DNA of 61,961 bases, counting the filler, from Choristocarpus tenellus KU-1152 (lineage: Eukaryota; Protista; Phaeophyceae), in NCBI GenBank assembly GCA_964200185.2. It is 11 parts of 11 records of this genome, joined end to end, with 100 filler letters (N's around TTAATTAATTAA, not from the genome) between each part and the next. Parts side by side here need not be neighbours in the genome. Positions count along the whole stretch, not along the records: positions 50,218 to 59,055 come from CAXNAD020004273.1; positions 59,156 to 61,961 come from CAXNAD020024588.1; 9 more parts are not named here. One strand, written 5' to 3'. Under the pieces are notes generated by a model. It did not search any database. It was not told the DNA's origin and worked only from the letters and a program-made list of their open reading frames with translations. The first letter of the stretch is position 1. Every line of letters starts with the position of its first letter. Below, piece after piece: positions 50,440 to 61,961 of the stretch. The position numbers were made by a program, and so were the translations under genes.

Positions 50440-51650
50440 GGTTCAGTGTTAGTGTTTTGAACTTTTGGGTTGATATTTGATGGAATACAGTTAGTTTGTG
50501 TCGGATATGGTGAGGAGTGATGCATAAATGTGAAGAGGCGAGAAGACCGATAAATCGTTAGTTTTGTAGGAAGATGAATGTTTTGACTGTGTTTCAAATA
50601 CGAGTAATGGGTTGCTACAAGCTGCAACAGTCCTATCCTTTGGGTAGCCGTCCTTACTTGCAGTGCACACTTGAAGATATCACTTGACTTCTGTCTCAAC
50701 CCCAATGAATAGCGGAGGATGTCATACTTTCCCTGACTTAGACAATGACGTAAGGTTGAGATGAGAAGTAGATCTTGCCACAAAGTGTTTTATTGTGAGA
50801 TGAGAAGAATGTGAAGAGGACGATAGCCAACTCGCCCCTTCATCCCCAAGAATATGGTCTCAAGTCGTTGAAAATTCTTAGCTAGGTGGAATAAGATGCA
50901 TTCAAGTCTTATGTACTGTACACACTGGAATACCCTGTTACTCATCCACTACTTTCTGATGAACAATATAGATGTGCTCAAGAGGGTTGTGAACGATTTT
51001 TCAACTCAAACAGGAGCTGATGAGAGAAAGTCTAATGAGCTACACCCTAGTGAAGGGTCTCCAGTAGTGGTTGCTCTGCTTCAGGCACAATGTAAACAAT
51101 GCTACCATTGAGGTTTTCAGTGAGTTCGTACCAATGCTCACCAGTAATTGGGTGCAAGGAAACATGCAGTTACTGTGGGCGTTAGAATGCTCAGCATCTT
51201 CTATCCATACATCTTCCCCCCGTGTGGCAGTTCTGCAGCATGAAAAGATCACCCATGGTCTGCTGTTCCACAAAGCAAAAATGCATAAGGACGCCCTATG
51301 TATATCGGAAGATGAGGAAGTGTAATCAGAGAAGGACCATGGAGATGAGGAGATGCATGATATGTCGTTACTGATTAAACCAACTGAGAGGTAGACAAGG
51401 TTGCATATGAAGGATCCCTACAAAGGGAAAGGAGATGCCATTTTGTACAGTTGCAGAAAGATACTTTGCTGAATTGTGGCATCATTTTGTTTATGGAAAG
51501 GGGGAATATTAATTTTGCGTACACTATTTGCACATGAAAGGAAGGCATTGCAGAGGGTAAGAAAGGTAGCTTAGTGTGCCAAGGGTCCAAACCTGCCTAC
51601 CTCTCATTTGATTTTGGTCCCTATGATGCATCTTTTTGTATGTGAGGAGG
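50440..51650 (+). mobile_element. Possible decayed hAT transposase remnant
   Basis: Across frames: IFDG, TCSAHLKISL (cf. CxAHxLxL) and CTHWNTLLLIHYFLMNNIDVL (cf. TRWNS..ML.RFL). Many stops. Confidence 0.35.
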
Positions 51651-51849
51651 TTGTGCACATTATGCTCTATATTTCATTATACCTATTATTTGTATACGGT
51701 GCACTGTCTTTCTTTACGCAAGAGATATGAGCTGGACTCACTCTGAAATTGTGCATTAGCTCCCTGTGATGACATTTTTGATATTGTGGAAAGAAGTGCC
51801 CATGCAGTTTTGGAGTCAAATTTATTGGAGACAAGAGGAGTAGAGTGGT

Positions 51850-52105
51850 GAGTGAAAGTATCTTAAAGGGTACAATTTTTGCCCTGTTTGTCCATTTGGG
51901 GCTTGGCTTCCCACAGATGTTTTATGACATTTTTCTACTCCGATATGTTTCGGAGTAAGTAAAATTTATACGTTATGAAAAGGTGTGTGCGGAAGAAGGA
52001 TATTGACACTTCCAAAAAACACGATAGTCGAAATTACATCAAAATCGGAACATTGGATTTTGACCCCAAATGGACGCGGCTCTACCCTCTAAGATACTTT
52101 GGCTC
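51850..52105 (+). mobile_element. MITE family A, full copy, no matching TSD
   Basis: GAGTGAAAGTATCTTAAAGGGTAC...TACCCTCTAAGATACTTTGGCTC; flanks TGGT and TATA. Confidence 0.92.
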
Positions 52106-52135
52106 TATATGACGGGTGAGGATTTGAGTCTGCAC

Positions 52136-55116
52136 TCAATACTGTGAAGAAGCAGGTTTCGTTGCCGATCGTAGGAGCTCGGTAACGTACGCCTCCATGA
52201 AGGCTTCTGTGACCCCCACATCGGATGCATTGCCGGAGTCGGCCACGTCCTGTGTGATGCAATCCTCATCACCATGAGATGACCTTTTGTCGTCATCGTC
52301 GTACCTCGATGTAGATGAAGGTAGATTTATCGCGTATCTGCCCATTTTGGCAGAAGCGAAGGTGTCTGATAAGAAGCCAGGTTCGGAATCGCTGTTATCA
52401 GGACCACGAGGCTGTTTGGAGGGTCTCAATTGTCCAGTACTTGCGTTTTTCTGAATCAGCTTTCTCCTCTTTCTAATTTGTGTCCCTTTCCCCTTCACTT
52501 TTCCCTTCTCGGAAGGCTTGTCCCTCAGGGTTAGGGTCGGATCTGCATGTATGCCCTTCTCTCTTCGCCTCACCACATGGTTGTAGGTGTTCCCTGGCAC
52601 TTGTGACTCGTCGCCGCCGCTGTCCACCAAATGGGCGTTCGGGGACATACATGGGTCACTCCTGACAGGCGTGGACTCTGAATCCCTACCTAGTCGCCCC
52701 CTCACGTCCTCCTGTGCAAGTTCCTCCGGACCTGAGAAAGAGTTACAAACGGGTCGGTACTATGGTACCCATCGCTTCCAGAGTCGTGTTCCGAGGGTGT
52801 GATAGTATACCTCCCCCCTCGTAGAGTCCTGTTTCCCGTAGCTACTGCAGGGCTAGGTGATGGGTTATCTTGTTCTTCTTCATCACCTGGTGGGTTGGGT
52901 CTTCCACAAGGTATAGGCATGGATACGCCACCAGCTACCGGTTTCTTCACCAATGCAAAATTGCGGAAGGTGGAGAGTTGGTCCATGAGGAGTTTGATAC
53001 GATCCGGATCTAGGTTATCTTCGAGGGCGGTGCATGTGATTACCATGCCTCCTGGTCGGGTCTGAAGAAGGGCGACTTCTCTCTCGTGGGTTAGGCTCGT
53101 ATCGGACCCGAACCTGTCGGGGTCGTACTCATACTTGTCGTTTTTCTCTGGTGTTATGAAGATGGTTGTGACTCTAGTTATCTCTGCGATGGTGGAGGAG
53201 TAGGCAAAGGACGTGGCGAAGTAGGGGTCAAAACAACGGGAGGAGGTGTTAGCGTCCTGAGGCACGGGATGAGGTAGAGATTGGTGAGACGGAGTAAGCG
53301 AGGCAGGATACAGAGGAGGAGACAGGGGCTGAGGAAAGGATGGATGGATTAGAGTACTTGCGGTTCGTTAAACTTGGACGGATTTTCTAGCCCATAAAAC
53401 AGGAAGAAAAATAGGGCTGGTACCATAGGGTGAAGAGGATGCATATAGGACTAGCATGTAACCGCGAGATAATTTCCCTTCTTTTGCCGGGTTCTGCCGA
53501 TTGGTACAACACAGCGAAAGTATGAATCAATCTGTTCGAGGAGCAACTTCGCAACATATAAAACCGGAGAACCCTGTGACAATATTCGTTGTGAAACTGT
53601 CAAACGTCGGTAAGGTCTGTGAGAGTCTAGGTTGTGTGTTTGGTGTAGGGAACCATGTTTGGATGTTAGCCTATGGCGATGCTGTACAATGATGATGTAA
53701 TTGCTTGCCTGTGTGTTCGTCACTGGTGTTCACGGTAATGCCCTCGGAGTATTTGACGATGTCCAGGTATTTTGTACCTTCCTCCAAATCCTCTCTCAAT
53801 GCGAGGTCCCTTTTCACCTGTGGATTTTATGGGGTTACATTAATTTGCGTGATCAGGGCGTTTAATGCGAGGTAGCTTGATACGAACTGAAATACGGTGG
53901 AGAGATGAGATGATGAACCTCACACTCAGTTGAGACCCTCGTCGCTGAGGATATATTTTTTTGTAGGAGGACCCTCTGCCCCTGCGCCCCCTAGACCCTG
54001 CTGAGGAGTCATCTGCGTAGGGGTCTATCCCGAGCTTGTCTTTCCTTTTTAGGTCGTTCAAACTTGTATGGCGACCTCCAGGACAGCCCTCTTCATGAGG
54101 ACATTTTTGGTGTGCATACGTCTTATGTATGCCAAATTGACTTTCCAGGGTTGAGACGCCCACTCCTCCTCCGCCTGGGCGGCTGACGCTGGGTCTGGAT
54201 CGACAACCCCTGGTCTATTCTTCTTCCCCTTTCCTCTTGACTTCTTCTTTCCTTTGTCCTGGTCGGCCGGGGGCCGTCTGTTTCGGACGCCCCTTAGAGT
54301 GTGGGAGAACTGTCATGGAAAAGTACATGGGTAGTGGAACGGTAAGGCACATGCACAAGTCCGATTCTCTTCGCGCGTTGCGACTGCAACTTCCGAGGCC
54401 CATCGTGTTGTGACGTGGGCCGAGAGGTTGATGCCGCATGGCACACTCTCCTCCTTGGCGACGCACTCGATTGTCCTCAACACCATTATGCGGTGTTGTC
54501 CATTAAGGTAAAATAATAGGTTATCGTCGTCTATATCCCTGTCGTCGCCATTATGGTCTACATCCAGGTCGCCATCGGGCATACTAGAAGGCACGTTTAC
54601 CCTGTGCATGTCGGCTTCGAAGTCGATTATGGTTTTCCACCTCGGGCACAGTGAAGAGGTTTGCCCACTCAGGATCCCTGTGAGCCTATCGACGGCGACC
54701 TGTGGGTCCGGCCCCAGCTTCGAGAACATAGACTCCAGAGCCAAAGTATCTTAGAGGGTAGAGCCGCGTCCATTTGGGGGGCACAATTCAATGTTGCGAT
54801 TTTGATGTAGTTTTGGCTATTGTGTTTGTTAGGAAGTGTCAACATCCTTGTCCCGGACACACTTGTTCATAACATACACATTTTACCTACTCAAAATATT
54901 TTGGAGTAGGAAAATGTCATAAAAAAAACATGGGAAGCCAAAGCCCCAAATAGACAAACAGGCAAAACTTGTACCCTCCATGACACTTTCACTCTCCACT
55001 CTGCTGTTGTCAAGAAGGTTGTTGTTGAACCTCTCTGTCAAGAAGTCAGATGTGACCAGGTCCATCGGACAAGTCACACTGAGGTTGGACGTTACCAGGT
55101 CTGTGGCCCTGTGGTG
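52136..55116 (-). pseudogene. Decayed long gene of unknown identity containing an NGQHR (DGQHR/ParB-like) motif
   Basis: Same-strand ORF chain 55077-54313 (rejoined across the MITE), 54163-53840, 53265-52702 and 52705-52136; motif LLFYLNGQHRIMVL. Confidence 0.4.
54738..54994 (-). mobile_element. MITE family A, reverse copy, 4-bp TSD TCCA
   Basis: TCCA|GAGCCAAAGTATCTTAGAGGGTAG...ACTTTCACTC|TCCA; removing it restores the reading frame ...NSRVE-SMFSK... Confidence 0.93.
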
Positions 55117-55542
55117 TTAATGATTTTTTGGGCCTCCGGCCGGCTGTCCGTGAAGGTAGACGGGGAAATCTTAGGACAATGGTATCAGCAAAGGAGAAGG
55201 ACATCGACGTATTGGTGGATGCTATTGCTAGCCCAGCACAGGAAGGGTGTCTTTGTACGAACAGTGATGGACTATGTGATGAACGATGACGGGATCTGTA
55301 CGGAGTGCAAGGTTCGTGTCCATGTGTGGGCTATGCAAACGCGATATGAAAAGGGTGTAGTGATGCTGTGGACATGAGTTTGGTGTAGCGCTTTCCTCGA
55401 AGGCCGCTATTTACTAATAAAAATCGAACGGTTAACCCAGTCAACATGGGATGAATATTGAATTTGAGTACGCACCTATACCGGACGCAGACTGCAAGGA
55501 TTCACGCGCCGACCAAGTTAACATGTAGCGAGGGCAATCGTG

Positions 55543-55972
55543 CACAGGTTTGTGTTTGACATACGGCAGGCAATAAAGAATGAAATTCATGTGTTCTGTC
55601 GAACGGTAGAGGCCATCAATATCCAAAGCCCTGCAAGACTGTTGGGTGTGTATGTGTCGATTTGAAACAGTATTCCTGAGCAGGAAAACATTACGTCGAA
55701 TCTCGAAAGTGAAAGGTGAACATGAAAGGAATTTGCGCGCCGACCCAACAACCTGAGCAGGAAAACATGACGTCGAACCGCGAAAGTGAGATATGAAGAT
55801 GAAAGGAATTTGCGCACTGACCCGGGTTGGATGTCGGGAGGGCAACCATAAGCAGGTTTGTGCTTGACGTAAGGCAGATAGTAATGAATGGATTTGAGGT
55901 GTTCTGTTGAACGGTAAAGGCCATCAAATTCCAAAGCGCGGGAAAACTGTTGGGGGGTGTGTGTGTCCATTT
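55543..55972. repeat. Nested local duplications (about 120-bp pair flanking an about 75-bp tandem pair)
   Basis: 55543-55663 resembles 55852-55972; 55675-55748 resembles 55752-55826. Confidence 0.75.
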
Positions 55973-56335
55973 CCGATACGGACCTTATCGGAAATGTTCC
56001 AATGGTATCGGAGCCCTTACACGTACAATCGAAGGTGTCACCACGTCACCCTGGAGAGACGGATGTTGTGGTGCGTGGAATTGTATAATGGAATCTTGCT
56101 TCTATTTCGGATCAGATGTCTGATTACTCCCAACATATGTGACTGCAGCACATGTTCCAATTTCCGAAAAAGGTTCGGTCGAATTCGCTGTTGCCATTTC
56201 AGATTAAAGCCGTTGAATTGATTCTATGTTGACGTGTTTGATGCGAGGTGAAATCTGTAAATGGCGGATTGGGATTAGCGTTCAAAATGTGGGTGATTTA
56301 TTTTGGTTAGGGTTAGGGATGGTATCATGGGTGCT

Positions 56336-56580
56336 GGTCGAAATATCTCAGGGGTAGGGCCGCGTTCATTTGGCGGCCGAATTCAAATGTTGCATTATTG
56401 CTGTAATTCTTGCCATCATTGTTGTCTGGAGATGTCAATGTCCTTTTTCCGAACACTCCTTTCCATAGTGTAGACATTGTACTTCTCCAAAACATTTTTG
56501 AAGTAAGTACAATGTCCTTGAAAACCCGTGGGCAGCCAAGCCCCAAAGGACAACCAGTGAAAAAATCGTGCCCTGCAACA
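56336..56580 (-). mobile_element. MITE family A, old diverged reverse copy
   Basis: GAAATATCTCAGGGGTAGGGCCGCGTTCATTTGG...GCCAAGCCCCAAAGGACA. Confidence 0.75.
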
Positions 56581-56750
56581 TAGAGCATCGAATCTGAAAA
56601 TGCTGGTGTTACCACTACTGACAGCTGGTGTGTACACGGTTGTACAGGTAATGAATACAGGGCATTGGATTTGAAAATGTTGGTGACACCACCATCTGAA
56701 GCTGGTGAGTACACGGTTATAATAGAGGTAACAAATACAGGGTATTTAAT

Positions 56751-57008
56751 GAGCCAAAGTATCTTAGAGGGTAGAGCTGCGTCCATTTGGGGGTCGAAAT
56801 ATAATGTTGCGATTTTGATGTAATTTGGCTATCGTGTTTGTTAGGAAGTGTCAATATCTATGTTTCAGACACACCTTTTCATAACATACACATTTTATCT
56901 ACTCCTCAACATTTTGGAGTAGGAAAATGTTATAAAAAAACCCATGGGAAGCCAAGCCCCAAATGGACAAACAGGGCAAGATTCGTACCCTCTAAGATAC
57001 TTTCACTC
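56751..57008 (-). mobile_element. MITE family A, reverse copy, 4-bp TSD TAAT
   Basis: TAAT|GAGCCAAAGTATCTTAGAGGGTAG...AAGATACTTTCACTC|TAAT. Confidence 0.93.
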
Positions 57009-57171
57009 TAATCTGAAAATGTTGGCATTACCACTGCTGACAGTTGCTTGGTACAAGCTCCGAATACAAATGAACATGTAAACATGTGTTGAGCCGCGTG
57101 GTTGTGTTCACTACCGAGAAAAACGCAATGAGGGGTAGATACGTTGTAAGCTCTTCAACACTGCACACGTC

Positions 57172-57429
57172 GAATGAAAGTATCTTAGAGGGTACGACTT
57201 TTTCCCTGTTTGTCAATTTGGGGCTTGGCTTCCCACGGGTTTTTAACGACATTTTACCTACTGCAAAATATTTTGGAGTAGGTAAAATGTGTATGTTATG
57301 AAAAGTGTGTCCAGAACAAGGATATTGACACTTCCTAACAAACATGATCGCCAAAATTACATCAAAATTGCAACGTTGGATTTTGGCCCCCAAATGGACG
57401 CGACTGTACCCTCCAAAATACTTTGACTC
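57172..57429 (+). mobile_element. MITE family A, forward copy, 3-bp TSD GTC
   Basis: GTC|GAATGAAAGTATCTTAGAGGGTAC...ATACTTTGACTC|GTC. Confidence 0.92.
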
Positions 57430-60400
57430 GTCGCTAATCCTGGTCTAACGTGAGGATTTCCTCCCTGGATTTCAAAGCAGAATGACGTGGAAACCTCTTT
57501 GTATACACCAAACAAAAATTCACCAGTGTCGACAGAGTCGTGAACTATACCGCGGAATAGACAGACTGGTGGGCATTGGGTTTACGCCGATTTTGACGCG
57601 AAATTCCTTTCGCTCGGTATTCTATGTGGAGCTTCCGACAGAATATTTACACAGGTGGCAACATAGCAGTGGTGGACGAAATTGGTATGGTCGTAGTCCT
57701 GAAGACCTTCGTACATAACGCGTTGAGGTCTCAACCTCTACCACTTTGCACTGTATTGATATGCGAGGTAATGTAATTAGGACCCTGTCCGTGTCGTGTC
57801 TGTTGGTACGACCTATCTCATGTGAATCGATGTCGCGTGGTGAACAGCAACGCCATATAGACCTAACCCGGATTTGGGCTATACACTAAGAAAGCAATAA
57901 CGAGATCATTCCTAATGGGAGGGGTATATTCGTGCTTTTGCAAAGGTCGAATACAAGACATGTTCGAACTTAGTATCGAGAGGAATGCGTAGATAGGAAT
58001 TGTCGGGATACGTTACACGTTGTTAACGGCTGGTAGACGAGGAAGGCTCGACCCAGGACGGGCGCTTTCGGTACAGCACACTATGCGACAATGTTTGGGT
58101 TGGGGGCCGTGACATGGGGGTGATACTACCACTTGGGTACACCATCATGTCAGCCACACACTAATACATGCTACGTGAACGGACGAAAGCCGCAACATCC
58201 GCCAGAGACGTTAAATCATGATGGTGTGTTTGCCATATTGGTCATTCAGAGACCCTCCAGTGTAGGTTGGACGAAGGGTGAGCGTTTCTTGTATGGGGAC
58301 TCACCTTCTGGTTCCCTTTGGAGCATGGCGGCGTTCGGTGGTTGGGCTAAGCCTCACAGTTGATCGCGGGATGTCTGCATCAGGTGGGCATGTTGGAAAT
58401 GGGATAGGAGAAACAAACAGAAGGAGAGAGAGGAAACGTTTTGCGCATCGAGTCAGGCCCAGAGAGGATGGCATGTCGCGGTCGTTTGTCATCATCCTCG
58501 AGCTGTACGCACCTGATTACCTTGCACGAAGTGGAAGTCTTGTCGTCTTTTTACCTTCCTACACGCCCGGTATTTAGTGTAACGTACAGTGCACAGGGAT
58601 ATAGCCACAGACGAGTTCGATTCTTATGGAAGCAATACGTACCTATACTCTCTTCACCAAGAAAATGTGGTCCTTTCAAGCTATTCATTTTTCGGTTGTA
58701 TAAGAATTACACAATAATCAGTAAAAGAAGAATCGCCTTTATGGAATGTTGTACACCTATTACATAGAGGTATATGTATATTGTGGATATGAACAGGCTA
58801 GTCGGGGTGTGCCTTTTTCTCGGCAATACAAAAGGATATTTAAAAAGGGGAATTTTTCTCTCTTCACAGATGATATGTCCATGTATCTGTACGACTTGGT
58901 TCAACCAGAACAAATACCGACATAAAAATGTATATATATATATGTAACGCCGCAATTGCTATTTCTTCATTGGTGCGAGATGTGAATCGTGTGATTCTGT
59001 GGCGGCGTGGTTCACTCAGGCAAGGGTGGTGAAGAGAATCACCGGGCAAGACGGANNNNNNNNNNNNNNNNNNNNNNNNNNNNNNNNNNNNNNNNNNNNT
59101 TAATTAATTAANNNNNNNNNNNNNNNNNNNNNNNNNNNNNNNNNNNNNNNNNNNNCCCTTGCACGGCTGATGTCCCATCTTGAATCTCACCCCCCCAACG
59201 GGTCATTTACTGCTGTTCAACTCCGTCATAAATTGAGTTCTGACTTGAATCGAATCTGGATCTGGGCATCATCTTGTTTGTCTTGACTCCTTCCCAGTGA
59301 TAGCTAAAATACAAATATACAACTACGCAAGCACGCCTATAAAAGAATGCAATAGCATGTTAAGCTGTCCTTGACGATCTGTTGTCCCACACAACCAGTC
59401 ATATTATTATTACCTCATATCACAGTTGAGAAGAGAGTGAGACACCATCATCAGATGGGGCTTACCAAACCTTACAGTAAATGACTCAGACTACCAAATA
59501 ACTCAACAGTTCCCTAGCACACGTCAGAAAGACTCCGACTCTAACATTCCGCCAATTGCCAATTTCTTCTGGTCAAATGCCCCGCCTAAATATCCCTGAT
59601 GTCTGGCATCATTGTCTGTGCGTACATAAAATATTACTTCGAATCTTATTCTCACAAATAATAATGGTCAAGCATAACCTTGACATGGATATAAATTATA
59701 ATCATATTTGAGTTTAGGGAGATCGGAACTGGGGACCCATTTATTCTAGGCCGTGTCAGAGATGTATGCTTTGTAACTTTTGAAGGTGTGTTTCAGAAGG
59801 AGCAAGTATATACTCAAATTGAGCCAGATGCAAACTGACGCCGATGCGTCTTGTGTGTTACATCTCGCTGCGTACAAGGGATCCGTGGGTAAGTGGATTA
59901 CAGCCTTATTTTCTATTCGAAACATCTTTCACATCGACCACCTATATTACCAGTGTATGGATTTACTGTGTGATCTCTCATGAATGAGTGATATACAAAT
60001 TTCCTACCCTCGTGTTCAGGGGTTCAAACCTCGTTGGTACCATATTTCTTTTCTCAAAGTCTGGTTTCAAATATTTCCAATTTCATTTAGGAGGCACTTT
60101 GTGAGGGACAGGTAGGTCCCTTTTGCAGATCTCCTGAACATCGACGTGAAGCACTGCATGCAGTCGTACGTGTTGTGCACACTAATCTCTCCCACTATGC
60201 CCAGTTGAGGTAATGTGGTAAGGATCAGACCCATGACGGGTTGTGGCGACCCGGGCATGAACCGTAGAGTCAACCACCGAATCTGGGGATGTGTTCTATT
60301 CTGTCTGAGTGCAGCCAATCACAGTTCGATATTGAGGAACACGCTGCTCTGAGTCAGAGTCTCAACCCTCGCCCAGCATGGCTTGCCCAGCATGCCTCAC

Positions 60401-60595
60401 AAACTCTCACATCTCTCCTGAACCCCATCTCTGGTGGCTCTCTTCGCCCCCCATCACATATAAACTGCCCATACCTACAACATCACAATACAGGTACTAC
60501 ATACAGAGGTAGGTATGCTCCTTCGATCTGATTCAAAACCACAACAACACCAGTCTTTCAACTTCAACCTTCGCCCCCTCAATCTTACTTTTGTA

Positions 60596-61961
60596 CTACC
60601 TCCATGCCATAAGTCTGTGCCGCGTTGTTCACACCTTTTGAAGATGATGAAATTCATTGCTGAAAGAGGATTTGGAATCCTTGACGAATTTGTTTTTAGG
60701 GTCAGCTCTTTTTATTATTATTACTCGCCATCCATCACAATTTTATCAGTTACAGGAAAAGCCTCCATGTCTACCTTCGGCGTGTTTTCAATCTCACCAG
60801 ACAACTGCCTCTTCCTTACCCCTGTGTGCTCCACACTGAAGTCAATTTCCCCCTTTGTATAAGTACTTGATTGTACATCACAAAAAGGAGCTGTCAAGCC
60901 CTCTCAAGTATGGTTTCATCATACTCCTCACACTGTTTCTCAATGACCTTCACCATCTCCTCGACAGACCCAAACCACCCCCCCATCACCTGGCATCTCA
61001 AAGACCTGAAGAAGCACAGGTTCATGGTATTGAGGTCGGGGGAGTTAGATGGCTGCGTCACAAGCCTAATTGACCACCCCTCAGTCTTCCCTGTTCCTGA
61101 CAAGATTTCTGAGTTGCCCTTGACCGTGTGGGGGGTGGCACCGTCATACTTGGATGACAACTTGTTTCCCCTGCAACCAAGGCATCTTGGTCTTGATTAC
61201 AGGCAGTAACCCCTCCGTGTACCACTTCCTGTACACAAATGGTCTAAAGTACAGTCCTACTCATACACATCCCCCTTTTTATGGTTCCTGCTTATCCTGT
61301 CTGCCGTTTTTGGCGCGCTCATACTCCAAACACTAAGCTTTCCATCAAGCTGTGAGCCGAATCTGGGCAGGCGTTGGCTGCAATGAATTTGGTTTTGGAG
61401 ATATGACTCTTGTGCTACACAGTAGGGTTCCCTGGAAGGTCGCTAACATCCTCATGGAGAAATACCCTAACCCTTTCCCCATGGGCCATGACGTAAAACC
61501 AGGTTTCATCTACATGGATTGTGTTCACCTTGGGGGCGTACACACCATATTTTTGGTCCACTTGATCGCAAACAATGTCCATTCTCCATACCTCTTGCCA
61601 CAATTTAAGCTTAGGTTTGAGTCAAAGTATCTTAGAGGGTAGAGTCGCGTCCGTTTGGGACCCAAAAACCCAATGCTGCAATTTTGATGAATTTTGGCTA
61701 CTTGTTTGTTAGGAAGTGTTAATATCCTTGTTCTGGACATATACATGATACTCACTCCAAAACGTACACATTCTACCTACTTCGAAACATTTCCGAATAG
61801 GAAGAGGTCATAAAAAAAACAGTGAGAAGCCAAGCCCCAAAAGGACAAACAGGGCAAAACTCATACCCTCTAAGATACTTTCACTCTTTGATCCAGCGGC
61901 GATTCGGTATGGCCCCCATATCATCCAACCACCTGTTTATGGTGCTCATGCTATAATTCAG
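60596..61961 (-). mobile_element. Second decayed copy of the plant-type mariner, with 3' TIR, interrupted by a MITE
   Basis: TA|CTACCTCCATGCCATAAGTCTGTGCCG at 60596 resembles the TIR at 8501. Transposase fragments VNTIHVDETWFY and DGATPH...QPSNSPDLNTMNLCFF. Confidence 0.9.
61619..61886 (-). mobile_element. MITE family A nested in the mariner transposase, 3-bp TSD TTT
   Basis: The empty site is visible in mariner copy 1 (GGATCAAACC at about 9163); the filled site duplicates AAA/TTT. Confidence 0.93.

Noticed and set aside
57480-59055. Possible decayed coding region
   Set aside because: Short broken frames with no motif I can recognise

Overview
Eukaryotic, intron-rich genomic DNA, most likely from a brown alga (Phaeophyceae) or a close stramenopile. 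This is inferred from the gene families, an RTE-type LINE and TTAGGG repeats. The window is not contiguous: 11 short contigs are joined by 100-bp N44-TTAATTAATTAA-N44 linkers, so neighbourhood across linkers has no biological meaning. Partial spliced genes: Sec24 (with a GC-AG intron), COP9 signalosome subunit 2 (last two exons), a DEAH-box RNA helicase, a CDPK-like kinase with degenerate EF-hands, and an unknown gene. The most unusual gene has 8 exons and encodes an intact response-regulator receiver (REC) domain fused to a peroxiredoxin-like (AhpC/TSA) domain that lacks the peroxidatic Cys. Also present: tRNA-Glu(CTC); a GDPH/VWD-like pseudogene; two decayed plant-type mariner copies (DD40D spacing, shared TAG); an RTE LINE remnant; probable hAT, copia and gag remnants; two related MITE families (about 18 copies or fragments, 3- or 4-bp TSDs); a decayed ORF with an NGQHR (DGQHR/ParB-like) motif split by a MITE; and many micro- and minisatellites. 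All protein assignments are by motif recognition; no searches were run.
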